From: a virus
Taxonomy: Duplodnaviria > Caudoviricetes
Virus record (IMG/VR): IMGVR_UViG_3300005582_000006
Coordinates: 12,247 to 76,246 of that record
Direction: 5' to 3' (one strand)
Length of the DNA: 64,000 nt
Shown: positions 37,810 to 46,040 of the stretch, piece after piece
How the letters are laid out: each line of letters opens with the position of its first letter
Numbering within the stretch: the stretch's first letter is position 1
Made by a program: the position numbers and the translations under genes
The notes under the pieces: generated by a model
What the model was told of the DNA's origin: nothing
The model's database searches: none
Seen by the model: only the letters and a program-made list of their open reading frames with translations

Positions 37810-39724
37810 TTGCTTTCCCCTTTAAAATATTTATACAACCCATTATTTTGTCTAAAACTGCAACTCCAAGTATATCAAACTTAACCATTCCGATTGATTC
37901 TAAGTCTGACATTTCCATGCCAGCTATCATTTGTTTTGTCTTTTTGTCAAATGTCATTGGACAAACTTCTGATAATGGAATGTTGCTAATAACTATACCA
38001 GCAGCATGTTTACCCTGACTTCTTTTTGTTCCTTCTAATCTGATTGCTTGTGCAAATTCCTTCGCTAATCTTCCAGAGTAAGTACCATCCTTTTCAATCT
38101 TACAATACTCAGATAATCTATCAGGAATATTCTCTAACGCCCACCTTATTATTGAAGAATCTCCATCTTCATCTTTCATGTCTTGTAACTGTTCAGATAT
38201 CTCTGATTCGTCTGGAATGTACTTTGTTACATTGTTGCTTTCTTCAAAGGAAAACCCATGAACCCTAAGAACATCTTTTAATGATCCACGCCCCTGCATA
38301 CGACTAAATGTTATCATTTGACAAACATTGCTGCTACCATACTTTTGCTTTATATATTCTATTACCTTATCACGCTTTGTAATTGGAAAGTCACAGTCAA
38401 TATCTGGTAAACTTATACGACCAGCAGAGTTTCTTCCTGCATTATAAAATCTTTCAAATATAAGAGAATGTTTGATAGGGTCTACTTCTGTTATACCCAA
38501 GAGGTAAGATATCATGCAACCAGCACCAGAACCTCTACCTCTACCCATAATCCAACCCTTAGACTTTGCCCAATTGCAATAGTCTTGCACAATTAAAAAA
38601 TATCCAGCCAAACCAGAAGTATCTATAACTTCAAGTTCGTGTTTTATTCTCTCTGTATATACCTTATATTCATCTGTTTTTGGCTTTATCGCAGAGAAAC
38701 GCCTATTCCATCCATCTCTGCATAACTTCCTCAAATAAAGGATCTGAGAAAGCCCATCTGGACAAGCAAAGTTTGGTATGGATGGTTGGTTTATAAGCGA
38801 ATAGTTTTCACATAAACTGTCAATTAAGCAACAATTGTCTATTTCATCTTGTTCATGAAAGCTAGATATTTCTTCAATTGTTGGAAGATAGTATTTGTTT
38901 GACTTAAAAAATACAGAAAGACCAAATTCTTCGTTATTTTCTAATTTGCTATTTACATTCTTTAGAGTTGTTTCCATTGAAGAACATAGTAAAACCCTTT
39001 GGTCAGGAGCATCTTCTGGCATAACATAATGAACATCTGGAGTTGCTATTTTTTTAATGCCAGTTTTTGCACAAAGTTCTCTCAGGCATTCAGCAATAAC
39101 CTTTGATGCAACTAAGTTAGAGCTATCAAACAATTGTATTTCTACAAAAAAATTATCTGCCCCAAATATATCAATGTATTTTGCACAAATATTTTCAGCT
39201 TCATCTAGCCAGTTGGGTTTAAGCATTTCCTTTATTTCATCATAATCAGTTCTTTTGTAAGCCTCTTTATAATCTGCAAATAAAGAATTAGCCAAATCTG
39301 TTCCTGGATGACCAGAAAATGCAATTAAATCGCTGCACAGTCCTTTAAAGTCATTTAAGTTTAATCTTGGTTTGTAATAAAAATAATCTAACGAGTTGGC
39401 TAAAGAAGATAAATTAATTAAGTTTTTCCAGCCATTTAAATTTTTAGCAATGACACACAGGTGAGTTAAGCTTGAGTTTTCTTTATTGTGTTCTGTTGCT
39501 GAATTTGTACAAATATAAAACTCACAACCAATAATTGGTTTTATACCTTGTGAAATACAAGCTTTAGAAAAAGAAATAGCACCAGATATAGTTCCATGAT
39601 CAGTTATAGCACATGAAGTATATCCAAGTTCTTTGCATCTTTTTGCTAAAAGATCTGGCTTACTTAATCCATCTAATAGGCTATAATGGGTATGACAATG
39701 CAATGGTATCCAATTCATATTCAA
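37802..39724 (-). CDS. dnaE: DNA polymerase III alpha subunit, N-terminal part (PHP + palm)
   Basis: LHCHTHYSLLDG, ITDHG, GRGSGAG, PDIDCDF, GKHAAGIVI, KFDILG. Confidence 0.92.
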   Translation of the reverse strand: MNMNWIPLHCHTHYSLLDGLSKPDLLAKRCKELGYTSCAITDHGTISGAISFSKACISQGIKPIIGCEFYICTNSATEHNKENSSLTHLCVIAKNLNGWKNLINLSSLANSLDYFYYKPRLNLNDFKGLCSDLIAFSGHPGTDLANSLFADYKEAYKRTDYDEIKEMLKPNWLDEAENICAKYIDIFGADNFFVEIQLFDSSNLVASKVIAECLRELCAKTGIKKIATPDVHYVMPEDAPDQRVLLCSSMETTLKNVNSKLENNEEFGLSVFFKSNKYYLPTIEEISSFHEQDEIDNCCLIDSLCENYSLINQPSIPNFACPDGLSQILYLRKLCRDGWNRRFSAIKPKTDEYKVYTERIKHELEVIDTSGLAGYFLIVQDYCNWAKSKGWIMGRGRGSGAGCMISYLLGITEVDPIKHSLIFERFYNAGRNSAGRISLPDIDCDFPITKRDKVIEYIKQKYGSSNVCQMITFSRMQGRGSLKDVLRVHGFSFEESNNVTKYIPDESEISEQLQDMKDEDGDSSIIRWALENIPDRLSEYCKIEKDGTYSGRLAKEFAQAIRLEGTKRSQGKHAAGIVISNIPLSEVCPMTFDKKTKQMIAGMEMSDLESIGMVKFDILGVAVLDKIMGCINILKGKANE

Positions 39725-39746
39725 TCCTTAAATTTTTTTCAGTTAA

Positions 39747-40514
39747 TTAATTTCTTAAGTAGTTCCTAATTACATGTACTGACCAATCTTCCCAGTTTAT
39801 GTCTGATATTACTGTTGTTTTTGTATGTTTAAATTCACCATTTGCAAGAGCTTTATCTATTGGCTTAAGAAAAGTTCCATCTTTTAAATGCACATGAAAA
39901 ACAACGCCAAAATGAACGGCATTTACTGTAGATGAATCATCATTTATAACGCCAACCAATCTTACAGAATGAGGGTCTGAAAATTGAACTTCTTCTTCTA
40001 TCTCTCTTTTGCAAGCATTTCCTATTGTTTCAATGTCATTTCCATCACAAGGATTAACATGACCACCAACACCAACAGACCATAGATCATGAAGTCTATT
40101 TTCAGATCCGTGTTTTGATCTTTGATAAATAAACAATTGATCATTCTTTGTAAAAATACAATAAGGGATTACTTGTTTGTAATTCAAGTCATTTTCTGCA
40201 ATATCTCTGTCTATATAAAATAAATTTTGTGGAACAAGAATTTTGTTTTTAATGCTAGAAGATTTTTCTCCAGTTAACATTCCTTGAAACGATAAGTCTT
40301 CAGTTAATAGTTCTTTTTTAAAGACTAAAACTTTCTCGCCATTGTACTTTGAAATATACTCTGGTTCTTTTGAAACAATTAGTTTTACTTCTTCATCATA
40401 ATTTGGATAGTCTTGATCTGTAGGAGATTCTTCTGGACTAAATGTTGTAGAAGTTGATGTTTGCATTGATTTTTCAAAAATAGTTTCTATCCACTTTTTA
40501 CTTTTTGACATCAT
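39747..40514 (-). CDS. NUDIX-family phosphoesterase
   Basis: YKQVIPY, RLHDLWSVGVGGHVNP, REIEEE, VHFGVVF; start chosen at the MMSK RBS. Confidence 0.8.
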   Translation of the reverse strand: MMSKSKKWIETIFEKSMQTSTSTTFSPEESPTDQDYPNYDEEVKLIVSKEPEYISKYNGEKVLVFKKELLTEDLSFQGMLTGEKSSSIKNKILVPQNLFYIDRDIAENDLNYKQVIPYCIFTKNDQLFIYQRSKHGSENRLHDLWSVGVGGHVNPCDGNDIETIGNACKREIEEEVQFSDPHSVRLVGVINDDSSTVNAVHFGVVFHVHLKDGTFLKPIDKALANGEFKHTKTTVISDINWEDWSVHVIRNYLRN

Positions 40515-41529
40515 TATTCTCCCTATTAGATTGACCACCACCATCGCCATACGAAACGACTGTTTTTTTATTGGCATATTTAGTATACGCAACATTCATG
40601 CCCAATTGTATAAGTTCTTTGTTCATAAAGTCACATATTGATTTTTCTGTGTCTTCATATTTTTCTTTATGAAACTTACAAAGCTTCTCACATTTCCATC
40701 TATCTTTACCATAATCTATAATTCTTGAAGGAAAATGACAAGACTTTATTTTTTCATATTCATATCTAATCATTTCAATTGTTGTTTTTATATCTTCTTT
40801 ATGAAAACATAATGTAAAAGGACCACCAGCTTTATTAAAAAAAATAGTAATAATTATATTTTCTTCATCTGGATAAAGTTTGTTTAATGCATAATGATAA
40901 AGTCTTAATTGAAAGTCTTTATAAAAATCATCGTAGTTTTTTTCCTTTCCAGTTGCCCAGTTTTTTCTTTCTCCTGTTTTCCAATCTATGTACTCTATTG
41001 TTTTTTTGTCTACTCTAGTTATTAAGTCCATTGTTCCTTTAATTCTAAGATTTCCAGACATAACAGTACCATCATCTAAATAGTATTCGTATTTAGCCCA
41101 AGGTTCTTCAATCTCTATATCAAAATACTGCTCTGGTTGCTCAATCTTTCTAGATAAAGGTGAAAACATACCATTGTTAAACAATAAGGTATCCCAAGTC
41201 CACTTAGAACATTCTTTTAAATCCTTGTCATCCCATTCATGAATGCTTTTATTTTTGTAATGATTAAAGGCAGACAGTATGGCACTTTCTGGAGAAATAT
41301 CTATTGTGGAAAAAGTCTCTTTTAATTCACTATCTGTAAATGTAGATGTTTCATTTTGTAGGCAAAGCTTTTTATTTGCCAACAATTCTAATGCTTTATG
41401 AACAACATTGCCTTTTTCCGCTTTTTTATTGGAATCATCTTGAAAGCCTAAGTTGTAAGTTAGCCAGTACTTATGTTGACACCATGCGTAAGAACTTACA
41501 GAACTAGACCTTAGATAAGTTATGATCAT
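40498..41529 (-). CDS. PD-(D/E)xK exonuclease, Cas4/AddB/RecB-like
   Basis: SSVSSYAWC, GNVVHKALE, GTMDLI, IDWKTG, QLRLYHYA, C-terminal Cys cluster. Confidence 0.85.
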   Translation of the reverse strand: MIITYLRSSSVSSYAWCQHKYWLTYNLGFQDDSNKKAEKGNVVHKALELLANKKLCLQNETSTFTDSELKETFSTIDISPESAILSAFNHYKNKSIHEWDDKDLKECSKWTWDTLLFNNGMFSPLSRKIEQPEQYFDIEIEEPWAKYEYYLDDGTVMSGNLRIKGTMDLITRVDKKTIEYIDWKTGERKNWATGKEKNYDDFYKDFQLRLYHYALNKLYPDEENIIITIFFNKAGGPFTLCFHKEDIKTTIEMIRYEYEKIKSCHFPSRIIDYGKDRWKCEKLCKFHKEKYEDTEKSICDFMNKELIQLGMNVAYTKYANKKTVVSYGDGGGQSNRENNDVKK

Positions 41530-42157
41530 TTTTAATCCAATTTATTTGTTTTAGTTTTCTAATCAATTCAAATTGTTGTTGTTCTTTAGACATATTTTCG
41601 TTGTTTAAAATAATGTCAAATTTACTTGTACATTTATCTATTTCATTTTCACTTATATGGCTATCATTATCTGTGCTTCTTGTTAACCTAATAACTATTC
41701 CACCAGCATCTTTAATGCTATCAATTTCATTTTCAAATCTTGCATCAGTAATAAAATTTAATGGACAATTTTGTTTGCTTATTGCATTAAAACAAGCGTT
41801 GATGTGTATTGATTTATTCATTTTTCTGGCTATTCCAGTTCCAAATTCTTGTAAGAATTCTCTAGCTGTCATTTGTCCTATAGGTGGATTTAAATGATTA
41901 TATTTTATTTCACTATAATGAGGTAAGTCTTCCCATAAATAACTTGTAAGTGAGTTTTTATCTTCTAAAGATCCAAAAACCTGTTTGTGTTTTAATCCAA
42001 AAAAGTTAATTGCTACTGACTTCATTGTTTGAGCAAAAGAAAACATGCATGAATCACAACCAAAAAGTCTTAAAGAATTAAGAGAAAGAAATCCAGCTAA
42101 AGTATCTTTGCCAGAACCTTTTCTTCCAGAAAAACCTATCAATCTTTGAATTGTCAT
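41504..42157 (-). CDS. Deoxynucleoside monophosphate kinase
   Basis: GRKGSGKDT, TAREFLQEFGT, ITDARFENE, HISE. Confidence 0.88.
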   Translation of the reverse strand: MTIQRLIGFSGRKGSGKDTLAGFLSLNSLRLFGCDSCMFSFAQTMKSVAINFFGLKHKQVFGSLEDKNSLTSYLWEDLPHYSEIKYNHLNPPIGQMTAREFLQEFGTGIARKMNKSIHINACFNAISKQNCPLNFITDARFENEIDSIKDAGGIVIRLTRSTDNDSHISENEIDKCTSKFDIILNNENMSKEQQQFELIRKLKQINWIKNDHNLSKV

Positions 42158-43284
42158 TAATACGAGTTCCTTTCAATCAAAGGCTTAATCATGCTGTTTA
42201 TCTGCTCATTGCTAAGATCACCTGGATCTTTAATGCCATCTGGCAGAGATGGACATACTATTTTAAACATTCTAGAAAGAGATGAATTTAATTTATTTGA
42301 AGCATTATTACCAGCTTTATCTGAGTCAAAAAGCAATATTAATGTAGTAGCACCAGAAGATTCAAGCAAAACCTGTTGTGTGTCTGTAAGAGAAGAGCCA
42401 AAAACAGCAACAACATTATGTATTCCATTCTCAACAAATTTCCATACATCTGCTGGACCTTCAACTAATATAACTATTCCAGTTTTTTTAATTTCATCTT
42501 TAGCATTGCCAAAATTATAAAGATAGTTCTTTTTTGAAAATCCTTTATTGTGAATCCATTTGCTAATAATATTTTGCGGGTCACAGCTTTCATTTTCATG
42601 ATAATTACTGCATTTATTGCATTTATCAAGTATTGTTCTTCCAGTAAAACCTACAATTGTTTTATTGTCTGAATCGTATACTGGAACTACTGCTCTTTTC
42701 CTAAAGAACCTATTGTCTGATTTTGATTCCCCAATGTCATACATATCTAATATATGTGCAGAATAGCCTCTAGATACAAAATATTTTGATGGTATATCAA
42801 GTCTTTCTCTTACAACTTTTTTAGTGTATAAGAATTCTTTTCCTTTTTTAGAAGGAGTAAATAAATGTGCGTGTTTATCAAAAGCATGAGAACTAACAGT
42901 ATCTTTTATGTCAGAAAGATCTAATTTTAATAATCCGCAAAGAGAAGCAACTGTATCTGAAAAACTAACTGTTTTATCTCCAATTTTTGACCAACCATAT
43001 TTTTTATTACTCATTACTCCACGAAAAAATCCTATAGATGTATTTATAAATGTGTTTTCGCAATGATGTGTATAACAAACCCAATTACCAACTCTTGTAT
43101 GTCCAGACATAAAAAGATTTACTGCTGTTCTATTATCTCCACCATGAACTGGACAAGCACAAATTATTGAATCGGAAACTGTTTTATATTGAATATTAAA
43201 ATAATCCATAAGGAATTCTATTTTTTCGCATATTACAGCATTTAAATATTCATTCTTAGTTATTTCAGTTGACTTCGATTTCAT
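42157..43284 (-). CDS. DNA primase (CHC2 zinc finger + TOPRIM)
   Basis: CPVHGGD...CYTHHC, GFTGR, ILVEGPADV, FDSDKAG, KDPGD. Confidence 0.9.
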   Translation of the reverse strand: MKSKSTEITKNEYLNAVICEKIEFLMDYFNIQYKTVSDSIICACPVHGGDNRTAVNLFMSGHTRVGNWVCYTHHCENTFINTSIGFFRGVMSNKKYGWSKIGDKTVSFSDTVASLCGLLKLDLSDIKDTVSSHAFDKHAHLFTPSKKGKEFLYTKKVVRERLDIPSKYFVSRGYSAHILDMYDIGESKSDNRFFRKRAVVPVYDSDNKTIVGFTGRTILDKCNKCSNYHENESCDPQNIISKWIHNKGFSKKNYLYNFGNAKDEIKKTGIVILVEGPADVWKFVENGIHNVVAVFGSSLTDTQQVLLESSGATTLILLFDSDKAGNNASNKLNSSLSRMFKIVCPSLPDGIKDPGDLSNEQINSMIKPLIERNSY

Positions 43285-44725
43285 CTGGTAATCCTTCCAC
43301 TACAAAACCATTGTTCTGTCTTGTAGACTGAGATTTAAAAATTTGACTTCTAGTTGGACCTTCTTCTATTTTTCCAAATTCATAATTGGCAAATATATTT
43401 ATATAATCGCCTTGGTCCATGCCTTTGCCGTGTCTTGCAACAACAGGAACTAATTTCAAATTGTATCTAATCTTATCCTGAGAGAATCCTTCATCTGCCA
43501 TTTCCTCTTCACTTTTCCTTTTATAGATTGAAAAGTTGGAACATAGCCAAAGTATTCTGTCAGAACCAGATGCTACATCAGTATCTTCACGATTAATACC
43601 ATCTCTGTTTAACTGAGTAAACGCTAAACATGAAGCATTATATTGAACCATAAAGTTATGCAGATTTGTCATTAAAAAGCCAAGAGCTTGATATTCTGCC
43701 ATATTTTTACCAATGCCAGAATCATCCATTAGCTTTATATAGTCATATATGATTAAACATGGGTTTGCTTTTCCAGAATCATCAAGACCAACATCTTTAA
43801 TTACCCATCTTCTAGCCATACTTATAACTTCATCAAAGCTTTTTCCTGCAATAGACTTGTATTGAAATGGCATTTCTTTAATTTTTTCAATAGCCTTTTT
43901 AATACTATTTCTTTTTGAAACATCTTTTGAAAACAAACCACTTTCAATTTCTTCTATTTTAACTCCAGACATACAAGCTAATATTCTATGCCAATGATCT
44001 TTCTCTGTCATTTCTGTATCAAGCATTAAGACTGGAATCTTGTTTGATGATACGCTGATGCCAACATTGTCAGCAAAAAAGCTTTTACCAGTTTTCATTC
44101 TAGCACCGATAAGATTCACAGTTCCTGGCCTAAAACCACCGCCAATAGCCATATCATATGCTTTGAATCCAGAGGAAATGCCCAACTGTGAAATTGGATT
44201 TGACTCTAAATACTCAACATATTCTTCTATGCCATCGCTCATTAGTTTTGGATTAGGGTCTTCAGAATTTGAAATCTTAAATGTTGCATCTAAAACGCAT
44301 GATTCTGCAATAGAAATGATGTGGCTTATAGGCTCATCGCCAGTCACATTTTCAAGTGTGTTTGCACCATTGATTAGATTTAAAGACAGGTTTTTGGCAA
44401 TGCTCAACTTTTTAAGCTTTGCTGCACTTTTTCTAGCATTAACTAATTCAACTGGAAAACTGGTTAGTGATCTTAAATACTTTGCCTGTTCTGATGTCTT
44501 AAAAAACTGTGATAAGTTTAAAGATTCAGCAGTAGAAATAACTGTTGGTATATCTACCCTTGAACTCTTATCAGTAATTATTTTTGAAAAACATTTGAAT
44601 ATAGCAGCATTGTCATCGCTAGAAAAACAGTTTTCATCAATGATATCTGCAACTTCAATAAAACAATCGTAGCCTTTCTGAAAAAGTCCAGCTAAGACCA
44701 CTCTTTCTGCACCTACATCTATCAT
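43265..44725 (-). CDS. dnaB: Replicative DNA helicase DnaB-like
   Basis: AERVVLAGL, GARMKTGKS Walker A, DTEM, IIYDYIKLM, TQLNR. Confidence 0.9.
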   Translation of the reverse strand: MIDVGAERVVLAGLFQKGYDCFIEVADIIDENCFSSDDNAAIFKCFSKIITDKSSRVDIPTVISTAESLNLSQFFKTSEQAKYLRSLTSFPVELVNARKSAAKLKKLSIAKNLSLNLINGANTLENVTGDEPISHIISIAESCVLDATFKISNSEDPNPKLMSDGIEEYVEYLESNPISQLGISSGFKAYDMAIGGGFRPGTVNLIGARMKTGKSFFADNVGISVSSNKIPVLMLDTEMTEKDHWHRILACMSGVKIEEIESGLFSKDVSKRNSIKKAIEKIKEMPFQYKSIAGKSFDEVISMARRWVIKDVGLDDSGKANPCLIIYDYIKLMDDSGIGKNMAEYQALGFLMTNLHNFMVQYNASCLAFTQLNRDGINREDTDVASGSDRILWLCSNFSIYKRKSEEEMADEGFSQDKIRYNLKLVPVVARHGKGMDQGDYINIFANYEFGKIEEGPTRSQIFKSQSTRQNNGFVVEGLPDEIEVN

Positions 44726-45186
44726 CTTCTCACCGCTTTTTTCATGCAAGGAACGCATATAAATCCAGAAGATTCATTATCTCTAGACTTAAACGCAAAT
44801 TCCTCTGAGGTTATTTCCATAGTGTTGGAACATTTTGTACATTTAACGCTTTGAAATCCAGAAGATTCATCTACTGGCCTTCTGTATTTTTTAGGTTGTA
44901 GGTCTTTAGGTTGCTCTTCAATAAAAGAACATTCTAAAGTTTGATCGTCTACAAATTTATTTTGAAATACTGGCCTAGCAACTGATTCTTTTGCCTTAAC
45001 TGCACTATTATTCGTATTTATCATGAATTTATTCAATTGAATTTCTTCATTCTTAATTGTTTCAACAACAACTTCTTCTTTTCTATTGTTAAGCACTACA
45101 ACGCCAGCCAAATCTTGCAATACTTCATCTACTAATACCCAATCACTTTTTTGTATTGCTTCTTTTAATTTAGATATTACGCTCAT
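44722..45186 (-). CDS. Hypothetical protein with C-terminal zinc ribbon
   Basis: CTKC...CVPC. Confidence 0.6.
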   Translation of the reverse strand: MSVISKLKEAIQKSDWVLVDEVLQDLAGVVVLNNRKEEVVVETIKNEEIQLNKFMINTNNSAVKAKESVARPVFQNKFVDDQTLECSFIEEQPKDLQPKKYRRPVDESSGFQSVKCTKCSNTMEITSEEFAFKSRDNESSGFICVPCMKKAVRR

Positions 45187-45682
45187 TATTTTTCCTTTTG
45201 TTGTAAGAAAGATTAGAAAATGTATCAGAAACCTTTTCTACTCTTATAGGCAAATATTCTGTCCTGTCTATTCTTGCTTGTATCTTTACTGCAAGCATTT
45301 TTACTTTTTGTGCATAATCATCATCTTTAACTGATAATGCCATTCTTTCATCTGGAGAGAAATATCTATAATCTGTAAGTTTAGACGAAATAGCTTTTAG
45401 TATCTTTTCATTGCACCATCTTAATTTTGCTTTTTCTCTATTGAGCATTCTAGATAAGTGAAAAGAGAAACTATTTAATAGAACACAAGCTTCTGCACAA
45501 TCTTCAGAAGACATTTTTTTTAACTCTTCTTGCGAAAGATATAGGTACTTCATACAGGTAAATTCTAAATCTTTAGGGATTGAGGATAAACCTATTGAGT
45601 TTTCATAGCTATCTAAAAGAGAATCAAATTTTTCTTCTTCACTAACCTTCAATTCTTTTTCGCCATTGTTGTTCTGATTCAT
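45170..45682 (-). CDS. Helical protein, possible UvsY-like recombination mediator
   Basis: 170-aa helical/coiled-coil ORF two genes from recA; function inferred from size, pattern and position only. Confidence 0.35.
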   Translation of the reverse strand: MNQNNNGEKELKVSEEEKFDSLLDSYENSIGLSSIPKDLEFTCMKYLYLSQEELKKMSSEDCAEACVLLNSFSFHLSRMLNREKAKLRWCNEKILKAISSKLTDYRYFSPDERMALSVKDDDYAQKVKMLAVKIQARIDRTEYLPIRVEKVSDTFSNLSYNKRKNNERNI

Positions 45683-46040
45683 TGAATGGTAACTCTATAA
45701 GGTAAATGTTATTTTTTTCACACCACTCTATTTTATTCTTATCATTTTTTTTAGAATGATAAAAGTTTAACATCGTATTATGAAAAAAAGGTATGAATTT
45801 GTAGTGTTGTTCTCCATGAACTTCAACTATTGTTTTTCTCAATGGCAACCAAAAATCTGCTGCTAAACCTCCAGAACCAGGCAAAGTTGCTTCTTCTAAG
45901 ATTCTGTCCATTGGATACATTGCTTTAAGTATAGATCTAGCCAACAAATGCAATGAAGATCTAGGTTTAGAATCATCATGATCTGGAACATTACCAGAAG
46001 TCCAAGAGTAAGTTTTACCATCAAGACCTATTACTTTCAC
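45642..46040 (-). CDS. Vsr/DUF559-like PD-(D/E)xK endonuclease
   Basis: ADFWLP...VEVHGEQHY...DKNKIEWCEKNNIYLIELP. Confidence 0.75.
   Translation of the reverse strand: MKVIGLDGKTYSWTSGNVPDHDDSKPRSSLHLLARSILKAMYPMDRILEEATLPGSGGLAADFWLPLRKTIVEVHGEQHYKFIPFFHNTMLNFYHSKKNDKNKIEWCEKNNIYLIELPFNESEQQWRKRIEG

Noticed and set aside
35270-39724. Split-intein DnaE of the cyanobacterial type
   Set aside because: There is no N-intein (C1/block B) after the N-half and no HN-C/S/T C-intein before the C-half.
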